A DNA stretch of 35,494 nt from a bacterium (GTDB taxonomy: Bacteria; Patescibacteriota; Minisyncoccia; UBA6257; GWB1-50-10): positions 1 to 35,494 of the forward strand of contig JAJZPU010000002.1 of the NCBI GenBank assembly GCA_021811055.1. Direction: 5' to 3'. Positions 22,457 to 31,785 of the stretch are shown piece after piece. Each line of letters starts with the position of its first letter. Position 1 is the stretch's first letter. Below the pieces are notes generated by a model. The model saw only the letters and a program-made list of their open reading frames with translations. It searched no databases and was not told where the DNA came from. The position numbers and the translations under genes are program-made.

Positions 22457-24346
22457 TTATTTAGTTACCACTCCATCGCCCCTTCTCACCGTTTTGTCGT
22501 CGGGAAGTTCCGTTGTGATTCCGTCGTCGCGTCCCGAGATCGATGTGCTCGTAAAATCGTCGGTACCGGAGAACGAAGACGATCCGATAAGGCGCTGTAC
22601 GCCTCCTTCCTGCGTAATGTTCGGTACCGCCTCGACCTGAAACACCGCCTCGACCACATCTCCGAAAAGCCCCCTATTCGCCTGAATTTTATCTATAGTC
22701 CACGTCACCTCCTGCGTGCGGGAGTTATATTCCGGTACCGCGGTGACGTTGCTTTTTACGACACCCGTCCAGCGCACGCCCCCCTCGAGCGATCCACGCA
22801 CCGCGACGTCCTTCAAGTCGTTCCCGTAGTTCTTGATTATCCAATGTATGGTGTATTGTGTCGCTTTGTTCACTTTCGGCGGCAATGTTCCACTGTTTAC
22901 TATCTGCGCAAGCGAATCCCTGTAGAATCCCTGCGCGTCAAAAACCACCACCCCCGCAATCTTTGTTTCGAACGATGCAAATCCGCTCGTTTTGTCGGAA
23001 GAAAGATAGTACGGCACCGACGGAGAATCCATTCGAGTATTCACTTTGAGCGTCATATTTTTATCGCTCGCGCGTTTCACAGGAAGCGTCGGAAGTAACT
23101 GCACTTCAAATTGCACTTCACCCGTACCTCCCGGACCGACAAGCGAGAGCTCGGGAATTTTTGACGCGTTCCACGTTATCGTATTCGTGCGGGAATCGAA
23201 TCCTCCCTTTGTCCGAAGCGTCGAAAAATCGAATACGTCGCCCGTAAGCTGTGCTTCGATCACCGCGTCCGCAAGTGAAATACCGCTCTTATTCTCGTAA
23301 CGAACGGTATACGTTATCCTGTCGTTCACCCGCGCAACATATTGATCGCTTCTGTTTGCCTTTATTTCCATAACTATCGGTGAGGGCGCAATGAACACGT
23401 TTGCCGTTTTTTCCGCGACAAGATAGTCGCTCCCCGAAAATGTCACAAGCGCCGACGCGGGAAAATCGAACGAATTCTTTGTCGACGCATCAAGTGATCC
23501 TGTGATCTGTATGCTTCCTCCCGATCCCGCCTTGACCTCGCCCACACGCCAAAAATTATCGAGCGACGCGGGATTATAACTTGCCTCCTTGAAAGAAAAT
23601 TCTCCTGGATATTTCACCTGAAGCGCCACGTCCGAAAAATCAAATTTGGAAACATTCTTATATTCTATTTGGAGATCGAAATTCGACCCCGACACCACTT
23701 GATCGGGTTTTTTCACTTCCACCGTAATTGCGGGATCGCCGATCGTAATTTCTTTTTCCTCTTGAATCTCGTATTGTGAGCGTCCGGAAATAAAGGAAAA
23801 CTTCACGTGTACCCGCTGTACCGAATTTGTTTCTCCCGTCGCTAAGAACTTGAATGCTTTTCGCGTGAGACTCCCGCCGCCAAGATCGCCGACGGACTCA
23901 ACAAGCATCGTTTTGTTGGAAAGATCATCCGCACTCAAAAGACCCGAACTGAATGTTATCGAAAGGTTTCCTTCCTTCACAAAACTATCGATATCGCTTG
24001 CGATTTGCACGCTCACCTCAAACGGCACGCCGCGATGCACTTCTCCCGGTCCCTGTATGGCGATCGCAACTCCCTTCGCACTTCCTCCGTAACGAAACGC
24101 GAAAAATATTCCTCCACCGACGATTGCAAGCGCGATTATCAACGCAAACATCCATTTTACTATTCTCTTCCCCGTGCCGCTTTTTTTGGTGAGAAGCACC
24201 TCCTTATCCTCTTCCCACTTGGGGGCTACAAAAGAAGCCTCTCTCGCTTCGGAAATCGTTTCTTTTTTCTTCTGCTCATCCTCCGGTTCTTTTTTGTTTT
24301 GTGCGGCGGACTGATAAAGTTTTTTCTCCAGATCGTCGAGAGACAT
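22457..24346 (-). CDS. large membrane-anchored surface protein with repeated Ig-like (DUF11/CARDB-like) domains
   Basis: Start chosen at MSLDDLEKKLYQ (ATG 24346), 14 nt after the recO stop. Charged N-terminus, TM helix WMFALIIALAIVGGGIFFAF, then repeated beta-rich segments. An upstream ATG at 24403 would overlap recO. Confidence 0.75.
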   Translation of the reverse strand: MSLDDLEKKLYQSAAQNKKEPEDEQKKKETISEAREASFVAPKWEEDKEVLLTKKSGTGKRIVKWMFALIIALAIVGGGIFFAFRYGGSAKGVAIAIQGPGEVHRGVPFEVSVQIASDIDSFVKEGNLSITFSSGLLSADDLSNKTMLVESVGDLGGGSLTRKAFKFLATGETNSVQRVHVKFSFISGRSQYEIQEEKEITIGDPAITVEVKKPDQVVSGSNFDLQIEYKNVSKFDFSDVALQVKYPGEFSFKEASYNPASLDNFWRVGEVKAGSGGSIQITGSLDASTKNSFDFPASALVTFSGSDYLVAEKTANVFIAPSPIVMEIKANRSDQYVARVNDRITYTVRYENKSGISLADAVIEAQLTGDVFDFSTLRTKGGFDSRTNTITWNASKIPELSLVGPGGTGEVQFEVQLLPTLPVKRASDKNMTLKVNTRMDSPSVPYYLSSDKTSGFASFETKIAGVVVFDAQGFYRDSLAQIVNSGTLPPKVNKATQYTIHWIIKNYGNDLKDVAVRGSLEGGVRWTGVVKSNVTAVPEYNSRTQEVTWTIDKIQANRGLFGDVVEAVFQVEAVPNITQEGGVQRLIGSSSFSGTDDFTSTSISGRDDGITTELPDDKTVRRGDGVVTK

Positions 24347-24360
24347 AAGAAAATATATAT

Positions 24361-24891
24361 TTACAGTAATAATAGCGCATTCTCCGGCACATTTGAACTG
24401 CATGTTTTACATAGGAATTCCTGTCCCGCGAAAGAGAACGCCCACAAAGATTGCGTGCCGCAGCCGGCGCAGGTCGCATGCGTTCCTCCATACCCAAGAT
24501 GGGAGAGATATTCCGAAAATAAAATATCACCGCGTTCGAAATCGTGAATAATTTTTCGCCACAAATCGTCGTCGGGCGCCTCATCGGGAAGATTCTTATC
24601 GAGAAAGTGAGCGAGAAGAAATACGCGGCGCATGGTTATCGGAGAAAATGTAGGCGCATATTTTTTTTCGGCAATAATGTCGGTTACGGTGTGCCGGTTT
24701 TTATACACGGCGCGAAGTGTCACATAATCGAGCACGTCGCAATGTGGTGAAAACTTCGATGTTATTTTGTGGCCGCTCACAAGCACCGCCCTCAATTTTC
24801 CCAGGCGTTCCGAAAAAAAAGATATCTCCTTGTCCTGCTCTCCGCGCTTTCTCACGTTGAGCACGATTGCTTTCGTAATATATTCCTGCAT
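24361..24891 (-). CDS. recO: DNA repair protein RecO (short form)
   Basis: 176 aa. The N-terminal OB-fold pattern (KAIVLNVRKRGEQDKEISFFSERLGKL) and the C-terminal Cys cluster CAGCG...CKTC fit RecO. Confidence 0.7.
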   Translation of the reverse strand: MQEYITKAIVLNVRKRGEQDKEISFFSERLGKLRAVLVSGHKITSKFSPHCDVLDYVTLRAVYKNRHTVTDIIAEKKYAPTFSPITMRRVFLLAHFLDKNLPDEAPDDDLWRKIIHDFERGDILFSEYLSHLGYGGTHATCAGCGTQSLWAFSFAGQEFLCKTCSSNVPENALLLL

Positions 24892-24947
24892 ACGCGACGA
24901 GAACCCTTCCCTACCATCTTACGAAAATATTCAATAGAATAGTAGGT

Positions 24948-25706
24948 ATGTCCCTTGCCTCGTTTATTATCAGAGGACGCAATGAAGCGGATAATCTTCA
25001 AACGCTTTTTCCGATGCTCGCGGTGCAGACGGAACGCGATTACGAACTCATATATATAGACAATGAATCCGATGACGATTCAATTATGATCGCAAAAAAA
25101 CACGGCGCGCAGGTAATTTCGATAGCAAAAGACGATTTTTCCTATCCAAAAGCCTTGAATATCGGGGTACAAGCCGCACGGGGAACACACATAGTCATAT
25201 TGTCCGCACATTCCTTTCCGTTATGGAACGGATGGCTCTCCTCCGGACTCCGCTATTTTAACGATACGAATATCGCGGGAGTCTATGGACCAACGTGTGC
25301 ATACAAAAATTCCCCGCTCATTGAAAAAATCGACAAATTTCCGGGATTTTTCGAATGGACCTGCAGAAAGATCTTTTCGCCAAAAATCGTACGAAAGATA
25401 CCTTCACGAAGCTTAATGGGCGTACTCGGATTCACAAACGCGATAATTCCGAAATCACTTTGGGATATCCACCATTTCGACGAGACGTACGGCAACGGAG
25501 GCGAGGATGGAGAATGGGTGCGCCACTTTGCGGCGCGGGGGTACTACTTCATAAAAGATCCCGCATTCGCCGTGCGACACGCGCACCACATCAAAACACC
25601 GGTAATGCTTTCCACGCAGTATCGCCATTGGAGTTCCATGACGTCTCCAAAAGAATTCACCCGTACCGATCTTTCTTTTAGAAAAGATTATGACCGATAT
25701 AAATAA
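24948..25706 (+). CDS. family 2 glycosyltransferase
   Basis: SFIIRGRNEADNL...YELIYIDNESDDDS is the GT-A N-terminal signature, with an acidic motif downstream. Confidence 0.85.
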   Translation: MSLASFIIRGRNEADNLQTLFPMLAVQTERDYELIYIDNESDDDSIMIAKKHGAQVISIAKDDFSYPKALNIGVQAARGTHIVILSAHSFPLWNGWLSSGLRYFNDTNIAGVYGPTCAYKNSPLIEKIDKFPGFFEWTCRKIFSPKIVRKIPSRSLMGVLGFTNAIIPKSLWDIHHFDETYGNGGEDGEWVRHFAARGYYFIKDPAFAVRHAHHIKTPVMLSTQYRHWSSMTSPKEFTRTDLSFRKDYDRYK

Positions 25707-25932
25707 AAAAGAAGCGCCTGTAAAAAAGCGCTTCAATATAATGTAAAATCTGTTCGTCTGTGTGTTCTGTATTCTATTAATTCTTGGTAATCCCTCGGAG
25801 ATATTCTTTTTTAAATTTTCTTTTGCTTTCCATTCGGCCGGAAAAAGAAAGCATCGAATCCAATCTCACACGAAAGGATTCTACCTGTAGTATATCACAC
25901 GTGTTATTTTTTTAAAATGAGTTATCCACACC

Positions 25933-27408
25933 CTATTTTTTCGGTGTATTCCAAAATCCAAGACGGAATTTTCCTCCAAGCATAAGACGCGTCTGCGCCT
26001 CAAGCGCGGGAATACTCCCGAACACAATAAAAGTAACCGGAGTGAGTATCCACTGAAGAAGATACAATATCGTGTGTTTTTTTGTGAATCCTTTCATGTG
26101 CGGTGGAAGAAGAAACACGCTGAGTATCGCGGAGGTTACAATACCGACCGATGCGATGTTTACAAGCGTCCCCGTAATGCGCGGAAGATTGTATGAAAAT
26201 ACGGTAGTGTGAAACAGATCATCCCCGAGAATATTCGGAAGCCACCCAAAAAGAAATATAATAAACGAGCTCGTGGACCACGAATAAAATCCGTCGAATA
26301 TGCGCCACGTCCAAAATCGCTTCACTTTTCCCGGAATATCTTTCCGCCGCCAAAATTCTTGCATCACATACGGAAAGTTCTCGATGCCCCACGCCCACCG
26401 CCGCTGTTGTTTATAGAGATTTTTGAGCGCGTTCCAAAATCCAGTTCCCGTCACCGCGTCCATGTAAATGGGGTACAAGAGCGGCTCCACCTTCCAATCT
26501 CCCTTGTAGTGCAACATGCATTGGAAAAAAATATGCGAATCTTCGGACGTCACGTCGGTGTGCCAATAGCCTATTTCGGGCAATGCACCGAACGGCATCG
26601 AATGCGACGAAAACGTAACAAGCTGTTCCGGACGACCCTGCTGCATAAGCTGCCAGAATGTCGAAGTAAAACCGATAAGCCGCGCAAACGACGATACATG
26701 ATGCACGTTGTTCGTAAAAAGCGGAATCGGCTGAAAACTCGATCGGTGTGGTTTTTCCACCGTGAGAAATTTGTACGTCAAGATGCCGAAGTACTGGTTT
26801 CCCGGACGCGTATCTACATCAAACACCGAAACGATTATCTTTTTGTAGGGAATCGCATATGCGTCGATAATCTTCTCTTTTGCCAGTTTCGTCGCCCACG
26901 TTTCGTTCGATCCCTTTCCCTGAATCTCCCCCGGCAAGCCCGCGGGATGTATCGTTGTAAGAAAATGTCCGAACCGAGATCCGAATTCCTCTTTAATTTT
27001 TTGTGCGGTTGCGGCGCTTTCTTCTCCTCCGCGCTCTTCGGTCGCGAGAATCACGATCATTTTTTTGAGCGGATAGCGCGTTTTCAATAAATCGATGAAG
27101 CTTTCCCGCACGACTTCATACGGTTCCTTGTACATGGGAAACATCACAAGGTGCCACATATCTTCCCACTGTCCTTTTTTTTCCTCCTCCAATCTTGAAA
27201 TCCAGTTTACTGCCGTATTCTTTCGCAGTTTCGAAAACGAATGTTGGAGGTAGAAAAAAAGATATACGGTTTTTAAGAGCCAGAAAAGATCAAAAAGAAT
27301 AATAAAAACAACCACCAACACGGGAAGCTTCCACGAAAAGAAAATAAGCCCGAGGAGCGTGATCCACGCGCTTGCGGCGGGGAGTATTTCAAAAAATCGT
27401 CGTGTCAT
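25933..27408 (-). CDS. membrane-embedded processive GT2 glycosyltransferase (cellulose/chitin-synthase-like)
   Basis: 491 aa. N-terminal and C-terminal TM helices, VFDVDTRP, and QQRRWAWG (QxxRW motif). Confidence 0.85.
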   Translation of the reverse strand: MTRRFFEILPAASAWITLLGLIFFSWKLPVLVVVFIILFDLFWLLKTVYLFFYLQHSFSKLRKNTAVNWISRLEEEKKGQWEDMWHLVMFPMYKEPYEVVRESFIDLLKTRYPLKKMIVILATEERGGEESAATAQKIKEEFGSRFGHFLTTIHPAGLPGEIQGKGSNETWATKLAKEKIIDAYAIPYKKIIVSVFDVDTRPGNQYFGILTYKFLTVEKPHRSSFQPIPLFTNNVHHVSSFARLIGFTSTFWQLMQQGRPEQLVTFSSHSMPFGALPEIGYWHTDVTSEDSHIFFQCMLHYKGDWKVEPLLYPIYMDAVTGTGFWNALKNLYKQQRRWAWGIENFPYVMQEFWRRKDIPGKVKRFWTWRIFDGFYSWSTSSFIIFLFGWLPNILGDDLFHTTVFSYNLPRITGTLVNIASVGIVTSAILSVFLLPPHMKGFTKKHTILYLLQWILTPVTFIVFGSIPALEAQTRLMLGGKFRLGFWNTPKK

Positions 27409-27441
27409 GTTTCGGCGCTTAGTATAGAAGCGCTTTCGATA

Positions 27442-27843
27442 TTAGTAAAGGAAAATACCGAAAAATCCATCGATGCTTACCACACCCCCGCCCACCGTCA
27501 CGAGTACAAGAAGTGACGTAAAAATAATAAGATCCAACTCATATTCCTTCATGTTTCTGAATTTCTTCAGTTTTAAAAGGATAACGAGAAACTCTATCGC
27601 AAGTAATAGGGAAACTACCTGTGTCAAAAATCCGATCACGAGAAAAACGCCACCAACACCCTCGAGAATTCCGACAATCCACGCCCAAAATGCTCCCGGT
27701 CTGAATCCCATTCCCGAAAACGCCTCTCCCGTTGCCTTGAGGTTTTTCAACTTTGGAAACCCGTGATATATCATCACCACTCCGAGCGCGATACGAAGCA
27801 CAAGAAATGCCCAGTCGCTGAAAACAAATAATGGTTGAATCAT
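27442..27843 (-). CDS. DoxX-family membrane protein
   Basis: ATG at 27843. LVLRIALGVVMIYHGFPKL is the DoxX signature. Four TM helices. Confidence 0.8.
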   Translation of the reverse strand: MIQPLFVFSDWAFLVLRIALGVVMIYHGFPKLKNLKATGEAFSGMGFRPGAFWAWIVGILEGVGGVFLVIGFLTQVVSLLLAIEFLVILLKLKKFRNMKEYELDLIIFTSLLVLVTVGGGVVSIDGFFGIFLY

Positions 27844-27988
27844 GATTGATATAAAAAACAAAAAATTAATTGTAACCCTTAGGGTACATCGGAAAGTATA
27901 GCAAAAAAAAGCCGCCTCTAGAAGGAGGATAAAAACACATAGGTGTTTCGTACTTGATACTTACTACCGTATACTCGATACTTTCCTT

Positions 27989-29065
27989 ATGAGAATACTT
28001 GCGATAGAAACATCGTGCGATGATACCGCGCTTGCGCTCGTAGAAGCATCGGGCACGACGACGGCTCCAAAATTCAAGATCCTGAAAAGTGTCATTTCTT
28101 CCCAGATCGACGTACATCGCCCATGGGGCGGGGTTGTTCCAAATCTCGCAAAGAGAGAACACATCAAGAATCTTCCGAAGATTTTCGGGACGCTGAAAAT
28201 AAAAAAATCGGAAAAGATCGACGCACTGTGTGTCACCGTCGGCCCCGGACTCGAGCCCGCGCTTTGGGCGGGAATCTCGTTTGCAAAAGAAATCCACGCC
28301 GTAATAAAGAAGGAAAATAAAAACATAAAACTTATCGGAGTGAATCATCTTGAAGGACATCTCTATAGTTTTCTACTTGCACAAAAAACCGAATATCTAG
28401 TTTCTAACCTGTCCGAACCGACATTCGTCCGGGCGGATTTTCAATTTTCAAAACAGAAATTATTTCCCGCGATCGCACTCATCGCGAGTGGTGGACACAC
28501 CATTCTTCTCAAAATGGATTCGCTGGTGAAGTGGAAAAGGCTGGGAGAAACGAGAGACGATGCGGTCGGCGAATCGTTCGATAAGGTGGCAAAAATGCTC
28601 GGATTTCCATATCCGGGCGGACCAGAAATTCAACGCATTGCCGAAAATGGAGACAAAAAGGCGATCCAATTTCCGAGCCCCATGATCGGAACAAAAGACT
28701 ATAATTTCAGCTATTCGGGGCTCAAAACATCCGTGCTGTATTATCTGCGTGACCATCCGAAAGTGAGAAAAGAAGACATTGCGGCAAGTTTTCAGGAAGC
28801 GGCGCTTAGGGTGCTTGTGAAAAAAACGGAACGAGCAGTAAATGAATTCGGCGCAAAAAGCATATTTCTTTCCGGTGGTGTTGCCGCGAACAAGGAATTG
28901 CGCCGCAAGTTCTCTCTTATAAGTGAAGAATTAAACATACGATTTATTGCTCCTCCTCAAAGTTTCAATACCGATAACGCGGTCATGATAGCGGTCGCTG
29001 GATATATGAATATACTCCGCAAAAAGAACCGGAAACTTGTTGCCGACGGGACCATGACTATATGA
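27989..29065 (+). CDS. tsaD: tRNA N6-adenosine threonylcarbamoyltransferase TsaD
   Basis: MRILAIETSCDDTA, HLEGHL, SGGHT, GPEIQRIA and LSGGVAANKELR match the Kae1/TsaD family. It carries an extra loop before SGGHT. Confidence 0.93.
   Translation: MRILAIETSCDDTALALVEASGTTTAPKFKILKSVISSQIDVHRPWGGVVPNLAKREHIKNLPKIFGTLKIKKSEKIDALCVTVGPGLEPALWAGISFAKEIHAVIKKENKNIKLIGVNHLEGHLYSFLLAQKTEYLVSNLSEPTFVRADFQFSKQKLFPAIALIASGGHTILLKMDSLVKWKRLGETRDDAVGESFDKVAKMLGFPYPGGPEIQRIAENGDKKAIQFPSPMIGTKDYNFSYSGLKTSVLYYLRDHPKVRKEDIAASFQEAALRVLVKKTERAVNEFGAKSIFLSGGVAANKELRRKFSLISEELNIRFIAPPQSFNTDNAVMIAVAGYMNILRKKNRKLVADGTMTI
28437..28450 (+). repeat. two heptanucleotide units (attttca x2) inside the tsaD insertion
   Basis: Encodes DFQFSK, in the same codon phase as the leuS and valS repeats. 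Confidence 0.7.
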
Positions 29066-29067
29066 TA

Positions 29068-29098
29068 AAGAATCACGGACATATGTTCGTGATTCTTT
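29068..29098. terminator. bidirectional terminator hairpin
   Basis: aaagaatcacg ... cgtgattcttt between convergent tsaD and ORF 29098-29397. Confidence 0.55.
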
Positions 29099-29397
29099 TA
29101 AGTGCTTGAAAATTCGTTGCCTCCCCCTCTCTTTTTCTTTTTTGAAAATATTCTTTGTATTTTTCTCCTGCTTACATCATAACTTTCGGCGTCTCTGGAC
29201 TTTCCCCCATCATTCCCGGCGGACGAATGTTTCTCTGTTCCGTTTGGTTCCTCTCTGTAAAATTCCGGATGATCCTCCTCAAAACAAAACCTGCAGAGCC
29301 CATCCGTTACGACGGGCACTCCTCCGCAACGGATACACACCTCTTTTTTTTCTTCTTTTTGAGCCACCTCAAAATTCATATCTTTATAAAACACCAT
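29098..29397 (-). CDS. small zinc-ribbon-like protein (hypothetical)
   Basis: 99 aa. CIRCGG...CRFC is a four-Cys motif, followed by a basic, low-complexity C-terminal tail. The start is uncertain; an alternative ATG lies at 29379. Confidence 0.45.
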   Translation of the reverse strand: MVFYKDMNFEVAQKEEKKEVCIRCGGVPVVTDGLCRFCFEEDHPEFYREEPNGTEKHSSAGNDGGKSRDAESYDVSRRKIQRIFSKKKKRGGGNEFSST

Positions 29398-29559
29398 TGG
29401 AATAAAAATTCAAGATGGCGGCATTTTCATTTCTGTACAAATAAAAAACGGCGTCTCAATAAGAGAATTGCCGTTTAAAATCATAAATTTCTTGCACATA
29501 TTTTCATCAACTTTGTCAAGTTATCGAAAATACCCTTTATTTTCTCTCTAAATCGGCGG

Positions 29560-29572
29560 TATAATCGATATT
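29560..29572 (+). promoter_or_regulatory. TATAAT box 7 nt upstream of the valS ATG (probable leaderless start)
   Basis: TATAAT at 29560-29565, spacer cgatatt, ATG at 29573. No Shine-Dalgarno. Confidence 0.45.
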
Positions 29573-31765
29573 ATGGAATCAATTTCAGGCGCATACGACC
29601 CAAAAAAAACGGAATCGGAAACATATAAAAAATGGGAGGAGTCGGGATACTTCAATCCCGACAATCTTCCGGAAAACAAAGGAGAAAACTATATCGCCTA
29701 TATGCCGCTTCCCAATGTGACGGGAACGCTTCATATGGGGCACGCGCTGAATAATACATTTCAGGATATTCTTATTCGCTTCCATCGCATGCGCGGACGG
29801 AAAACGTTGTGGTTTCCCGGCACCGATCACGCGGGCATCGCGACACAATTCGTTGTCGAAAAACAGTTGAAAAAAGAAGGGACGAACCGCTTCGCGTTGG
29901 GACGGGAAAAGTTCGTTGAAAAGGTGTGGGAGTGGAAAAATCAATATGGGAACATCATCTACGATCAGTTGAAAAAATTGGGTATTTCGTGTGATTGGTC
30001 GCGCGTCCGTTTTACGATGGATGACGCATATGCAAAAGACGTGCAAAACGCCTTCGTTCATTATTACGAAAAAGGACTCCTCTATCGTGGGTACCGCACG
30101 GTAAACTGGTGTCCGCGATGTGCGACAAGCCTTTCGGATCTGGAACTTGAATATAAGGAGGAGGAGGCAAAACTGTACTATATACAATACGGTCCGTTCA
30201 CGCTTGCAACGACCCGCCCCGAAACGAAATTCGGCGATACGGGACTTGCGGTGAATCCGCGCGATTCCCGCTACAAAGACTACGTAGGAAAGGAGCTCGA
30301 CATCGAGTCGCTCTCAACCGAAGGATCGCTTGATACACCACAGAAAAAGAAAAATAAAATTATTGTGGTCGCCGACGATGCGGTGGACGTCGAATTCGGT
30401 ACCGGTATCATCAAGGTGACTCCCGCACATGATCTTGTTGATTTTGAAATTGGATCGCGCCACCATCTTCCGCTTGTACAGGTTATTGACGAGGAAGGAA
30501 AGATGACCGAACATGCGGGAAAATATGAGGGAATGAAAACCGCGGATGCACGGAAAAAAATAGTCGAGGATTTAAAAACAGTAGGACTCCTCAAAAAAGA
30601 AGAACCATACACACACAATGTCGCCGTCTGCTACCGCTGCGGACATGTGATCGAGCCGATCCCGTCAAAGCAGTGGTTTTTGAAAATGGAAACACTCGCG
30701 AAAACGGCGCTTGAAGCGGTAAAGAGCGGAACGGTAAAGATTCATCCTGAAAATTTTGAAAAACCATATACCGCATGGCTTGAGAATATAAAGGATTGGA
30801 CCATTTCCCGGCAAATCTGGTGGGGGCACCAACTTCCTGTGTATTTTTGTAAAAATACACAGGAAGTAATTTCCAATTCTCAATTTCCAATTTCTAATAA
30901 AGAAAAGGGGAAATATATTATATCGTTAGAAAAACCGAAAAAGTGTCCTTTCTGCAAACAATGCGAGATGGAGCAGGCTCCGGACGTGCTTGATACCTGG
31001 TTTTCGTCCGCACTCTGGCCGTTCGCTGGGCTTTCGGAATCGGATCAAAAAAAATATTATCCCGGCACCACACTCATTACCGCACGCGACATTTTAAATC
31101 TCTGGGTGGCGCGCATGATCTTTTCCGGCATCGAATTCCGCGGTGAAGTTCCGTTCAAGGATGTTTTGATCCACGGCACCATTCTCACGAAAGACGGAAA
31201 ACGGATGTCTAAAAGTCTCGGCACCGGCATCGACCCTCTGAAATATATCGATATGTATGGTGCCGACGCGACCCGATTCGGCATCGTGTGGCAGGCAAGC
31301 GGACAGGATATCCGGTGGGACGAGACCGCGATTGTCGCCGGAAAAAAATTCCTGAATAAACTCTGGAACGCGTCGCGGTTCGTGCTTACACAAGCGGAAA
31401 AAGACGACGGACAATCGCTTCGCGCACCCAACGCAAAAACCGACGCGGATACAAAGATCCTCGAAGCATTCTCAAAGATAAAGACGAGCGTTGAGAAGGA
31501 TATAGCACAGTTCGAATTTTCAAAAGCATTGAGAGATCTTTACGAGTTCTTCTGGCATGAATTCTGCGATGTATATCTCGAAACATCGAAAAAACAACTC
31601 GGTGAAGAAACAACCAAAGAAAACACCGCACACATACTTCTCTTCATACTCCGTGAGTCACTGAAATTATTCCACCCATTCGTCCCGTTTGTTACCGAGG
31701 AAATATACGGACGATGCCCGTTTAAGGACAAAAAAGAATTTCTGATGGTAGAGAGTATTCTATAG
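29573..31765 (+). CDS. valS: valyl-tRNA synthetase (short, no C-terminal coiled-coil)
   Basis: 730 aa. PNVTGTLHMGHAL (HIGH-type), KMSKSLGT, WTISRQIWWGH and the DVLDTWFSS blocks. Confidence 0.95.
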   Translation: MESISGAYDPKKTESETYKKWEESGYFNPDNLPENKGENYIAYMPLPNVTGTLHMGHALNNTFQDILIRFHRMRGRKTLWFPGTDHAGIATQFVVEKQLKKEGTNRFALGREKFVEKVWEWKNQYGNIIYDQLKKLGISCDWSRVRFTMDDAYAKDVQNAFVHYYEKGLLYRGYRTVNWCPRCATSLSDLELEYKEEEAKLYYIQYGPFTLATTRPETKFGDTGLAVNPRDSRYKDYVGKELDIESLSTEGSLDTPQKKKNKIIVVADDAVDVEFGTGIIKVTPAHDLVDFEIGSRHHLPLVQVIDEEGKMTEHAGKYEGMKTADARKKIVEDLKTVGLLKKEEPYTHNVAVCYRCGHVIEPIPSKQWFLKMETLAKTALEAVKSGTVKIHPENFEKPYTAWLENIKDWTISRQIWWGHQLPVYFCKNTQEVISNSQFPISNKEKGKYIISLEKPKKCPFCKQCEMEQAPDVLDTWFSSALWPFAGLSESDQKKYYPGTTLITARDILNLWVARMIFSGIEFRGEVPFKDVLIHGTILTKDGKRMSKSLGTGIDPLKYIDMYGADATRFGIVWQASGQDIRWDETAIVAGKKFLNKLWNASRFVLTQAEKDDGQSLRAPNAKTDADTKILEAFSKIKTSVEKDIAQFEFSKALRDLYEFFWHEFCDVYLETSKKQLGEETTKENTAHILLFILRESLKLFHPFVPFVTEEIYGRCPFKDKKEFLMVESIL
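30868..30898 (+). repeat. in-frame heptanucleotide tandem repeat inside valS
   Basis: aatttcc aattctc aatttcc aatttct aat. Encodes ISNSQFPISN. Confidence 0.85.
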
Positions 31766-31785
31766 CTCCTGTATAATAGGGGTGT

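Noticed and set aside
25740-25932. A degenerate E-like remnant in the 226-bp spacer between the convergent glycosyltransferase genes (cgaatcc..ggattc, ..cctgtag).
   Set aside because: Only a 6-bp inverted repeat and a short word match are present. There are no AGCA or GACG hairpins, no CGGAGC/GCGAG junctions and no tRNA nearby.
29398-29572. T-box or other leader riboswitch upstream of valS, and similarly upstream of leuS, metG and glyQS.
   Set aside because: The intergenic regions are short and AT-rich. I could not find a specifier-loop/T-box (AGGGUGGNACCGCG-like) sequence. For valS, the -10 box sits directly next to the ATG.
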